From: an uncultured cyanobacterium
Lineage (GTDB): Bacteria > Cyanobacteriota > Cyanobacteriia > Cyanobacteriales > Cyanobacteriaceae
Reading direction: 5' to 3'
Length of the DNA stretch: 64,000 nucleotides
Assembly (NCBI GenBank): GCA_963749915.1
Contig: CAVVOP010000005.1
Coordinates: 192,001-256,000 of the forward strand
Shown piece after piece: positions 10,335 through 19,833 of the stretch. Position 1 is the stretch's first letter. Every line of letters begins with the position of its first letter. A model generated the notes under the pieces. That model saw only the letters and a program-made list of their open reading frames with translations, made no database searches and was not told the DNA's origin. Position numbers and translations under genes: made by a program.

Positions 10335-10883
10335 GTGCGACCCGTTGGTTGAAATGAGTAGAAATACTCAGGGAAAACCGCAAGAAAATAGAAGGGTGAC
10401 TAACCCGACTGAACCTTGACAACTTGATAACCATGAAGGTGTAAGTCCTTCCCTCCAAGTGCAGGAGTGACAGCACTTTCCCCACAACTTAATCTAGCAA
10501 ATTAAGAGGTGAAGCGGGAATGAACGGCGGTAACTGGTAGCCTAAAACTGGAATCCCGTCTAGAAAGATCCAGTGTTGCCCAAATTGGGGTAATTCATAA
10601 GCTAAATCCCATCATTAGAGGATGGTCAAACTACTACAGTCCAGTGGTCAGCAAAGAGATATTTACTAAACTAGACCATCTCATTGTACAAAGACTAATT
10701 ACATGGGGAAGAAGCCGACATCCAAACAAAGGAATTCATTGGGTAATCAGAAGGTACTTTAAATACAAAGGGAATAATCCCTGGTCTTTCGCAACCAGTG
10801 AAAAAGGACTCCGAAACGAGATTGTACACTTAGCCACACATAAGGAAACCCCGATTGATGGATATTGTTTAACGAAAAATTAG
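10335..10883 (+). mobile_element. Group II intron relic: 5' ribozyme domain I joined by deletion to the maturase (X) domain
   Basis: GTGCGACCCGTT 5' boundary and GC-richer structured segment to ~10570, then KLNPIIRGWSNYY...WGRSRHPNKG...RRYF maturase motif; RT domains and domains V/VI absent. Confidence 0.8.
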
Positions 10884-10955
10884 ATGTTTGAGAAAATTGA
10901 AAATCAATTTTCAGGGTGTTTTAATACCATACGGAAACTTTTCAAACAGCTTCTA
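10881..10955. repeat. Degenerate MITE/IS-end relic
   Basis: Imperfect inverted ends TAGATGTTTGAGAAA / TTTTCAAACAGCTTCTA at the point where the intron relic is truncated. Confidence 0.4.
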
Positions 10956-11316
10956 AAGTTAGATATTTGAAGGATAAAATCCTTACTTACAGTCAGTTTC
11001 TTGCTTTACTTATTGAGGAAAATTGTTGCCAATTTTGAATTTCTCCGTCAGAAGTTATTCACTGACTTAATTAATAATACACTTAATTAATAATACTTAA
11101 CAAATTCATTATGTAGTTAGCAAGGTAAACAATGTATCTCACAATTGTGGGCAACGCTTTATTGACACAATAACCTTATTTTATGGTATTCTCAGAAAGT
11201 TAATGTTGCTCAGTTATTATTTAAGTTAAGTCTGAAACAAGATACTGAGAAATTTAATATAATCCTGTTAAACAAACTACCATAATTAAGCAAAAGATTA
11301 GCGAGCTTCTGTTTTG

Positions 11317-12406
11317 ATGCCAATCTTTAATAACTCTTTTTTTCGTCGATTTTTAGCTCTCTGGAAAGTACTCACATCTAGTTGGCGGATTTATCTAGAA
11401 AAACCTGTTCCTCTTGATGAATTGCAACAATCCCGCGAAGCTGCTTCTATTCCTTCCTTTGGTTTCTTTTTCCTCTTGATTTCTGCTACGGTAATTGCCA
11501 CTTTAGGATTAATCTCAAATAGTACGGCAGTGATTATTGGTGCCATGATTGTTGCTCCTTTAATGAATCCCATTTTGAGTATGGCTTTTGGGATTGTTAC
11601 CGGCAATTGGACTTTGTATAAGCAATCGCTGGTTACAGTTGCCTTGGGAGCGGCGTCTACTGTATTCGTCTCTTCTCTATTTAGTGCATTGATCCCAGTA
11701 GATGCTGTGGGTTCAGAAGTTATCGCCCGAACTCGCCCCAATTTAATCGATTTGGGAATTGCCATTGCTGCCGGAGCCGCTGGCTCATTTTCTTTAACTC
11801 GAAAAAGTATTGCCAGTTCTATTGCTGGAGTTGCCATTGCCGTTGCCCTGGTTCCGCCTTTGTGTGTCACGGGAATTGGCTTGGGAATCGGCAAAGAAAT
11901 GGTGGCACATATTGATACAGTGGCTATCAGTTATTTAGATGTATCCGCTGGAGCTTTTTTACTATTTATTGTTAACTTAGCGGGAATTACTTTTACTGCT
12001 TGTCTGGTTTTTCTGTCTCAATCCTATGGTAGTTTGAACAAGGCATTTCAAACGATCTCTGATTTGGTTGTTAATTATTGGTTTGTTATGTGGGCCGCTC
12101 ACGAGTTCCATGAAAGAAATCATCGTAACCAATGAAGTTCAGGTGCAAATGCGCAAATTGAGAGAAGAACACCCGGAAATTGTTCAACAAGCTCAAAATC
12201 GGTATCTTTATGTCAGGCTAGAAGGTACCACTGCTTACGTAGAAATTGTGACGATCGCACCAGAAGGATTACTGACAGATGAATATTTAAAGTCAGGAGA
12301 AAAAAGGGTTTTCGATGCTCTTACGAAAATGGGCGTTAAATCTATCGATTTAGTGATCAAAATAGTTCCCGTGGAGATTAAAGAGTATAAAGCGATTAAA
12401 AAATAA
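11317..12406 (+). pseudogene. DUF389 membrane protein, frameshifted near 12058
   Basis: NSTAVIIGAMIVAPLM and GVAIAVALVPPL motifs; C-terminal part (LIWLLIIGLL...) continues in another frame (ORF 12068-12406). Confidence 0.8.
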
Positions 12407-12574
12407 TAGCCTTATTTTAAAACTTTTTCTCTTAGGAATGGATACAGAATAATACCGGAAAATTGAGAAAATTGTGTTTGATTAGTGCTCTTCTGGAACT
12501 TTCGGAAAACTTTTGCCATTTCTAAATTCTAAACGTTTTGTCTGGAAAGCGATTGCTCGGTTATTGACTAATAA

Positions 12575-14673
12575 CCCACATTCCGCACGTCAAACTGTAT
12601 AAATTCAGATTACGAGGTTAGAAGTTGAACAGTGATTGACTACGACAAGAAATACTCGGTGATTAGTTCTCTAGCTTATCAAGAGAACTCAGATAAATTA
12701 GTAGAAAAATGAGCAACGTTTAAGGGATAATTAAATTCAGTTTTTAATTTAATTTTGGAAATGATGTTTTCAGAAGATATACAAGTTCAAACCATTAATC
12801 ATTTAGGATTAATTGCTGGAGTTATAGATGAAATTGGCATTGAAGAAATTATTAACGATGCCCTCGGTATTGACGAGAGGGAAATCGTGACAGCAGGTCA
12901 AATAGTCAAAGCAATTATTCTGAACGGATTAGGATTTATTTCTCGACCTCTTTATCTATTTCCACAGTTTTTTAAAGACAAAGCCACAGAACATTTAATC
13001 GGAAAAGGAATACTACCTGAGCATTTGAATGATGATAGAATTGGAAGAATAATGGATGAACTTTATGAGAAAGGATTATCTCCATTATTTTTAATTATTG
13101 CTTTAGCCACAGTAAAAAAATATGACATCAACATCAATTTTTCCCATTTGGATTCAACATCTTTTGCAGTAGAGGGGAAATATAGTCAGGAAAAAATCAC
13201 CAAAAATTTGGTCAAAGAAAATGCAGAATTAGAGTTAATTAATCAAATTCCAATTAAGATAATTAAAGGTTATTCCCGTGACCATAGACCAGATTTAAAA
13301 CAATTTATTTTGGATTTAATTGTGAGTGGTGATGGTGATATTCCACTATTTTTAAGAGTAGCAGATGGTAATGAAAATGATAGAGCAGTTTTCGGCAAAA
13401 TAGCGAAAGAATACAAATCAATGATAGATTTTGAGACGATGATAGTGGGTGATAGTGCCTTATATACAGAAAATAACCTGAAATTAATGAGTGGAATAGA
13501 ATGGTTATCGAGAGTTCCACTATCAATAAAAGAGGCAAAAAATTTAGTTTCAGAACTATCAGAATCTGATTTGACTCCAAGTAGTTTAGAGGGATATTTA
13601 TGGTGTGAAGTAAGGAATAATTATGCAGAAATTGAGCAAAGATGGTTAATAGTAGAAAGTGAAAAAAGAAAAGTATCAGAGCTAGAAAAACTAAGGGAAA
13701 AAATAGAGAAAGAAAAAGAAAAAACCGAAGAAATATTAAAGAAATTGATGAAAGAAGAATTTAGCTCATCAGAGGGAGCTTATGAAACAGTTGTGAGACT
13801 AAATAAGACTTTAAAATATCATCACATAACCGAGCTAAAAATGACAGAAAGTGAGTTAAATAATCACAAGAAAAAATCGAAAAAGAAAGAAGAAAAATCG
13901 GGAAAAACTTATCAAGTTACGGCTATTTTGAAATCAGATTTAACGAAAATAAACGAATCAAAAAAAAGAGCAGGAAGATTTGTGTTAGCTACAAATAGAT
14001 TGGATAAAAGTAAATTTAATTCTGATGAAATTTTAATTAAGTATAAAGAGCAACAAGCCGCAGAAAGAGGTTTTAGTTTTCTGAAAGATCCATTATTTTT
14101 TGCCGATAGTGTGTTTTTAAAAACCCCAAAAAGAATCGAAACAATGGCAATGTTGATGGGGTTATGTCTGTTAGTCTATTCTTTGGGGCAAAGAGAAGTG
14201 CGTCGCTTATTAAAGGAGAGAAAAACGGGGATAAAAAATCAGCTGGGAAAACTAACGGAACGTCCAACGTTAAGATGGATATTTCAATGTTTTCAGGGGA
14301 TTCATTTAGTAATAAATCAAGGAATAAAACAGATAGTAAATCTAACAAATGAACGAAAACTAATTTTAAGTTTTTTCCCAATTTCTTGTCATAATTATTA
14401 TATTTTATCTGCGATAACTTATGGGATTTAAGAGTCTAAATATTCTCAATTATAATACCATAAATAAAGAATAGAAAACTGATAGATTTGCTCTGTTTAT
14501 TTATTCTCATTAAAGGTGAAGTTATTGACAATGAGATTTTAATTTGAGCAAAGTTCGCGAGCACAAAACGCGAATAAAGAAGATATTGAGTATTATTACT
14601 TATATTTTGTCCAAAATAAGTTGCTTGGTTTTAATACTTTTATCATCTTACAAAGTGACGTGCGGAATGTGGG
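12575..14673 (+). mobile_element. IS1634-family element copy 2, complete ends
   Basis: Inverted repeats CCCACATTCCGCACGTCA / TGACGTGCGGAATGTGGG (extendable by TAA/TTA); no direct target duplication. Confidence 0.92.
12755..14431 (+). CDS. IS1634-family transposase
   Basis: 558 aa, near-identical to 2409-4070; a 1-bp indel gives a different C-terminal tail (AITYGI vs G). Confidence 0.92.
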   Translation: MEMMFSEDIQVQTINHLGLIAGVIDEIGIEEIINDALGIDEREIVTAGQIVKAIILNGLGFISRPLYLFPQFFKDKATEHLIGKGILPEHLNDDRIGRIMDELYEKGLSPLFLIIALATVKKYDININFSHLDSTSFAVEGKYSQEKITKNLVKENAELELINQIPIKIIKGYSRDHRPDLKQFILDLIVSGDGDIPLFLRVADGNENDRAVFGKIAKEYKSMIDFETMIVGDSALYTENNLKLMSGIEWLSRVPLSIKEAKNLVSELSESDLTPSSLEGYLWCEVRNNYAEIEQRWLIVESEKRKVSELEKLREKIEKEKEKTEEILKKLMKEEFSSSEGAYETVVRLNKTLKYHHITELKMTESELNNHKKKSKKKEEKSGKTYQVTAILKSDLTKINESKKRAGRFVLATNRLDKSKFNSDEILIKYKEQQAAERGFSFLKDPLFFADSVFLKTPKRIETMAMLMGLCLLVYSLGQREVRRLLKERKTGIKNQLGKLTERPTLRWIFQCFQGIHLVINQGIKQIVNLTNERKLILSFFPISCHNYYILSAITYGI

Positions 14674-14814
14674 TTAGATTATTGGAATCAACGGAAAACT
14701 TTAGTAGAAATCTTTAAATATCTAGCGATGGTGGGTAAAACAATTCCCCATTGGGCAAAGGATGCGGAGGCTTCTCGGTTGTTAGCTGGTGCGGTAGAAA
14801 ATGATAGTATTTAG
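14674..14814 (+). pseudogene. C-terminal fragment of a probable DUF1156 (anti-phage-associated DNA methylase) protein
   Basis: LDYWNQRKTLVEIFKYLA...PHWAKDAEASRLLAGAVENDSI* directly after the IS end; family recognised from memory of DUF1156 C-termini. Confidence 0.55.
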
Positions 14815-14902
14815 GAAATTATGAGTTACTGTAAAAATTATGAATAGTTATACTGTTAATTTTTTATCAGAAAAGGAAATAGAACAACAAAAAACGGCTT
14901 TT

Positions 14903-15026
14903 ACTGAGATATTGCACCATCATTAAAAAACCGCAAAACCCCGATTTTTGAAAGCTAAAACCCTATTAAACTCGTTACTTTTTGCTTAAAAAATCGGGGT
15001 TTTCAAGCTGGGCGCAATATCTGAGT
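14903..15026. repeat. Nested-palindrome MITE-like cyanobacterial repeat
   Basis: Outer arms GATATTGCACC / GGCGCAATATC; inner perfect arms AAAACCCCGATTTTT / AAAAATCGGGGTTTT. Confidence 0.7.
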
Positions 15027-15116
15027 TTTAATGACTTGATTAAAGATTTAGGAAATTTTGAAGATGAAGAAATTAGAGCTATTTTAAGTCAAACTATCAA
15101 TAATAAAAAATCAAAT

Positions 15117-15692
15117 ATGGCTAATTTATATATAATTGGAGGAGCAAATGGTTCAGGAAAAACTACTGTAGCTAAGGAAATATTGCCCTATTATCTTACT
15201 GTTTATGAATATGTAAATGCAGATGAAATAGCTAAAGGATTGTCTCCTTTTCGTCCTGAAAATGTAGCAATTCAGGCAGGTAAATTAATGCTAAAAAGAC
15301 TGGCTTATTTAGTGAAAAATAAGATTGATTTTGCTTTTGAATCTACTTTATCAGGTCTAAATTATGTAAAATTTCTTGAAAAATGTCGTCGCCAAAATTA
15401 TCAAATAAACTTAATTTATTTTTGCTTAGAAAATCCACAACTAGCTATTCAAAGAGTGCAACAAAGAGTAAAAAGTGGTGGTCATAATATTCCTGAAAAT
15501 ATTATCATTCGTCGCTATTATCGAGGACAAAAAAATTTAAGTAAATTTTACTTACCTTTATCTGATACTTGGATTATCTATAACAACTCACAATTAACTC
15601 CGACTCTGGTGGCAGAAAAAACTTTATCAGAACCATCAATTGTTTATGATGAAAGAGTATATTCACAAATTATGGGGGAAAATCATGAATAA
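15117..15692 (+). CDS. Zeta-toxin-like P-loop ATPase (COG4185 type)
   Basis: IIGGANGSGKTT, VNADEIA, FESTLSG, RVKSGGHNIPE; ATG 15117 preferred to TTG 14982, which lies inside a repeat. Confidence 0.8.
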   Translation: MANLYIIGGANGSGKTTVAKEILPYYLTVYEYVNADEIAKGLSPFRPENVAIQAGKLMLKRLAYLVKNKIDFAFESTLSGLNYVKFLEKCRRQNYQINLIYFCLENPQLAIQRVQQRVKSGGHNIPENIIIRRYYRGQKNLSKFYLPLSDTWIIYNNSQLTPTLVAEKTLSEPSIVYDERVYSQIMGENHE

Positions 15693-15870
15693 TAAACAGG
15701 AAAAAAAATTATCGGAAACAATTAATGAAGGTGTCCAAAAAGCAGTAATAAAAGCAGTAGATAGACACCGTAAGTTAGGAGAATCTGTAGTTATTTGGAA
15801 AGATGGTAAAACGGTTATTTTATCTCCTCAAGAAATTGATGAAAATTATCAAAATCTATTATCTAACTAA
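15685..15870 (+). CDS. Small partner protein of the zeta-like ATPase (putative antitoxin)
   Basis: Overlaps the ATPase stop; AVDRHRKLGESVVIWKDGK motif typical of genes paired with this ATPase. Confidence 0.65.
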   Translation: MNNKQEKKLSETINEGVQKAVIKAVDRHRKLGESVVIWKDGKTVILSPQEIDENYQNLLSN

Positions 15871-15896
15871 TTCATAACTTTAAATGAGAATTAATC

Positions 15897-16157
15897 ATGT
15901 TAACAGTTAATCTAGATCATGAATCAGAAAAATATTTAATTGAAATTTTGTCAGAAGAAAAAATAACTAGCCGAGAATTAGTTAAAAAACTTTTGCGTAA
16001 CCATTGGATAAGTTTAAAAAAACCTCAAACAGTTTTAGACAAAATGGGTGGTTATCCTGAACATTTATTAGATGGAAAAGAAAACTTATCTGACAGAGAT
16101 GTTCGTAAGCAAAAAATTGTTGAATACTTGCACCAAAAGTATGAACAACATCAATAA
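15897..16157 (+). CDS. Small hypothetical protein, putative antitoxin
   Basis: 86 aa ORF immediately followed by a PIN-like N-terminus. Confidence 0.55.
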   Translation: MLTVNLDHESEKYLIEILSEEKITSRELVKKLLRNHWISLKKPQTVLDKMGGYPEHLLDGKENLSDRDVRKQKIVEYLHQKYEQHQ

Positions 16158-16159
16158 TT

Positions 16160-16219
16160 ATGACTGAATATTACCCCTTTATTCTAATTGACACAGGAAT
16201 CATGTTTAGAGGAAACTAA
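16160..16219 (+). pseudogene. Truncated PIN/VapC toxin N-terminus
   Basis: MTEYYPFILIDTGIMFRGN*; ILIDTG resembles the first PIN motif. Confidence 0.5.
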
Positions 16220-16221
16220 AA

Positions 16222-16563
16222 ATGGAAGCAACTAAAGTTAAAGGAATTGTAAATGAAGAAGGACAATTAATAATAGAAGAAACTATTAATCTTAGTCCGG
16301 GAGAAGTAAAGGTACTTATTTTTAATAGTGCTACTCCAGTTAATCCTGATTTTGATTTAACTTTAAAACGTCTTTTAGAATTAAAAGAAATAGATCCAGA
16401 TTTAGATGAAAATGATGAAGATGAAATTTATTATCCTTCTGATTATGCTTTTTCTGGCTCTATTCAATTATTAAATGAACTTTATAAAATTTTAGGTGAT
16501 GCTTTCCCTCGTGGTTATGCTTCAGTAGAATCAAAAACAAGAACAAAAGAAGATAAGAATTAA
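16222..16563 (+). CDS. Hypothetical protein, C-terminus probably truncated by IS
   Basis: 113 aa with GAGG RBS; last ~10 codons overlap transposase-derived sequence. Confidence 0.5.
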   Translation: MEATKVKGIVNEEGQLIIEETINLSPGEVKVLIFNSATPVNPDFDLTLKRLLELKEIDPDLDENDEDEIYYPSDYAFSGSIQLLNELYKILGDAFPRGYASVESKTRTKEDKN

Positions 16564-17385
16564 TAAAGTAGGAGGTGGAAGGGATGAAAAAATAAGTAAA
16601 GAAGAACAAATAATTATGACTTTGGTTTATCTCAGACACCATCTTAATTTTCAGTTATTAGCATTAATGTTTAAAGTGAGTGAAAGTACTGCTAATAACG
16701 TGTTTTATAAATGGCAAAAATTATTAGAATTAGCCTTACCTTCTTCCTTACGAGAACAAGTAAAAAAGTTCGAGGATAGTCTAGAAGAAATCAAAAAAAT
16801 CTTAACTAATTATGAGCTCATAGTAGATACAGAAGAACAAGAAATAGAAAGAAGTCTAGACTATGAAGAACAAAAAAAGCATTATTCAGGAAAGAAAAAA
16901 ATGCAGACTTTTAAAAATCAAGTAATTTGTTTGCCAAAAGGGGAAGATATAGTAGATGTAGTAGGAGGAGAACTAGGACCAAAAGCTGACATAACTATTT
17001 GGAGGGAAAATGCAGATATATTTGTAGAGCATCTAATTAGAATAATCAAAATATTTAAGGTTATGGGAGAAAGATTTAGACTAAAAAAAGAGGAATATGA
17101 ATCAGTTTTTTTGAGCGTTTGTGGTTTGGTAAGATTAAGAATGGGAACTTTAATAATTGAACATCGGAAAACGAGTGAAACGGGAGAAATAATTGATGTT
17201 CTGTTAACCCATATTTTTTCATCAAAATTGGATTTTTCTTGATTTTTGACGAAATAACAGGATTAAGAGCCGGCGATCGCGCAGCGCCGTTTCACGATCA
17301 CGAAGTGGCGCTGCGCGATCGCCCTAGGAGTAAAAAGGTTTCAAATGCTTATAATGAAAGAATCATAAATTTTTGGAGATGTCTA
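16531..17385 (+). mobile_element. IS5/ISL2-type (HTH_Tnp_4 + DDE_Tnp_4) element relic
   Basis: KIRINKVGGGR...MTLVYLRHHLNFQLL, IVDTEEQEIER, YSGKKK; internal deletion; right end TTTTGGAGATGTCTA. Confidence 0.8.
17272..17323. repeat. HIP1-bounded GC-rich hairpin (small dispersed repeat)
   Basis: Perfect 17-bp arms GGCGATCGCGCAGCGCC / GGCGCTGCGCGATCGCC with 18-nt loop. Confidence 0.85.
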
Positions 17386-17909
17386 AGTAAACCTCATGGT
17401 CATGTTGCTTTAATTTTAGAAACTATTAAAAAATTAAATTTAGACACAATTATTAGTTCTCAATCCTCTCGTAATCGTAATTTAATTATGGCAATGATTG
17501 CCGCCAGAATTATCAATCCTGGCTCAAAATTAGCCACTGCTAGGAGTTTTAATGAAGAAACTTGTAGCAATAGTTTGGGACAAATATTAAACCTGAAAAA
17601 AGCGGATGAAGATGAATTGTATTTGCCTGTAGAAACCCTTTAATTGCGGAAAAGAATAAACAGCAAAGAGAGGCATTATTATTGGACTTTATTAGAAGAT
17701 TTAGGGACAATTTGTCTTGTGGAAGTAGAATGTAATTTGGCTCAGGGAAAGTCTAGTTTCCAGACCATTACCCGACCAACACGATTACAACAAAAGGCAT
17801 TAGATTTGGTGGAGATTTCCTTAATTTGTCCCCAGTAAATAGGGGGAGATAAGTGGTTCAAAACTTTACACAGCAAAGGTTTTCGTTTTTGTCAAAGGGG
17901 GAAGTTCGG
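17386..17909 (+). mobile_element. Second-type IS1634-like transposase relic (N- and C-terminal pieces only)
   Basis: PHGHVA...MIAARIINPGSKLATAR...DEDELY, then TLLEDLGTI...TRPTRLQQKALDL; ends at GGGGAAGTTCGG. Confidence 0.7.
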
Positions 17910-18361
17910 TAATAAGTCAGATTTTGAAAAAGATTCACCATGTCTAGATTGTCCAGACTTTAATAGCTGCATTCAGCAGGGACAATTCTGTGTTTATAGC
18001 TCAAAAATGAATTACGGTTCGTTGTACTTCGGCGACCCTAACTGCAGCTTTTGCTTGTCCCAGACGCGCTAGTGCGATCGCAAAGCTAAGCAGTTCAAGA
18101 TTAGGCAAGCATGGCGCATATGCTTTCTGCTCAAGTTCAGACAGTGGATCGGCGATCGCAAGAGATAAACAATTGTGAAGCGATCGATGTATAACCCATC
18201 ATTACTAAACACTTCTTTTATTGCCTCGGTAAAGTTATCCTCAATATCTGAGTTTAAATCAGATTCAATAATTGGCGATCGCTTTTAGTCCTCCAAAATC
18301 AATTATTCACTGTTCACGGTAAAATTAAGGTGAAAATAACAGCAACCATTCAGCGAAGACG

Positions 18362-19584
18362 ATGCAAACTATTGATAAACCTATAATAATACTAATACCG
18401 ATAATAATTTATTTGATGGTAGTATTCATAGACGTAAAACCCGCCCCGTAAAAATAGGGAATGTCATCATCGGCGGTAATAATCCCGTTGTGGTGCAATC
18501 CATGATTAATGAAGATACCCTCGATGTCTCTGCTTCTGTTGCCGCTATTCGCCGTTTACATGAAATTGGTTGCGAAATTGTAAGAGTTACAGTGCCAAGT
18601 CTTGCCCATGCTAAAGCGGTAGGGGAAATTAAAGCCAAACTAGAACAAAATTATCAATCAGTACCTCTAGTGGCTGATGTGCATCATAATGGCATGAAAA
18701 TCGCCCTCGAAGTGGCGAAACATGTCGATAAAGTTCGTATTAATCCGGGCTTATATGTCTTTGAAAAACCAAAAAGCGATCGTACCGAGTATTCAGACAC
18801 AGAATTTAGCGATATTGGAGACAAAATCAGGGAAACCTTGGAACCGTTAGTGATTTCCTTGAGAGATCAAGGAAAAGCTATGCGTATTGGTGTTAATCAT
18901 GGTTCTTTAGCGGAAAGAATGCTTTTTACTTATGGTGACACCCCAGAAGGCATGGTGGAATCAGCCATCGAATTTATCAAAATATGTGAGTATTTAGATT
19001 TCCGTAATTTAGTTATCTCCATGAAGGCCTCCCGTGTGCCTGTTATGTTATCCGCTTATCGTTTAATGGTAAAACGCATGGATGATTTAGGTATGGATTA
19101 TCCTTTACATTTAGGCGTAACAGAAGCCGGAGATGGTGAATATGGCAGAATAAAATCCACCGCAGGAATAGGTACTTTATTAGCAGAAGGCATCGGCGAT
19201 ACTATTCGAGTTTCTTTAACAGAAGCACCAGAAAAAGAAATCCCCGTTTGTTACAGCATCTTACAAGCTCTCGGATTGCGTAAAACCATGGTAGAGTATG
19301 TAGCTTGTCCTTCCTGTGGACGCACTTTGTTTAATTTGGAGGAAGTATTACACAAAGTGAGAGAAGCCACAAAACACTTAACAGGATTAGATATAGCTGT
19401 AATGGGATGTATTGTTAATGGTCCGGGTGAAATGGCTGATGCTGATTATGGTTATGTGGGTAAACAACCTGGTTTTATTTCCCTTTATCGTGGCAAACAA
19501 GAAATTAAAAAAGTGCCAGAGACCGAAGGGGTTATGGAGTTAATAAATTTAATCAAAGCCGATGGCAAATGGGTTGAGCCATAA
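18362..19584 (+). CDS. ispG: (E)-4-hydroxy-3-methylbut-2-enyl-diphosphate synthase (apparent 1-bp frameshift near 5' end)
   Basis: [35 protein letters not shown]...[13 protein letters not shown] 18362 is out of frame with the body. Confidence 0.95.
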
Positions 19585-19619
19585 TCATCAGCTAAAACAA
19601 TATTCTTTGGTAATTAGAT

Positions 19620-19649
19620 GGTGCGTTTGACTTCGTTAACGCACCCTAC
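19620..19649 (-). repeat. GTAG-type REP-like hairpin, possible ispG terminator
   Basis: GGTGCGTT-N10-AACGCACC followed by CTAC (GTAG on minus strand). Confidence 0.6.
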
Positions 19650-19676
19650 AAGGGCCGCGATGGCACTAATAATAAA

Positions 19677-19797
19677 TACCAAATCCGCATTTCAAAACCA
19701 ACTTTGACAAAATTAGTGAAACCCTATTGTCCCTTGACTGTTTGTTGTCTGTTGCCTACCCTATTGAATAAGTAGGCTATATAAGCCGGATTTGGTA
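19677..19797. repeat. ~120-bp MITE-like element
   Basis: 11-bp terminal inverted repeats TACCAAATCCG / CGGATTTGGTA, non-coding interior. Confidence 0.7.
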
Positions 19798-19833
19798 CAA
19801 ATTATGATTTTTGGCTAAATAATTAGGATTAAA

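Noticed and set aside
14982..15116. Extended N-terminus of the zeta-like ATPase from the ORF track
   Set aside because: The TTG start lies inside the palindromic repeat; family-like sequence starts at ATG 15117
17239..17388. First 50 codons of ORF 17239-17643
   Set aside because: Read-through of an IS tail and HIP1 hairpin; only the part from PHGHV is transposase-like
17910..18282. HIP1-rich segment resembling degraded coding DNA
   Set aside because: No frame I could assign to a family
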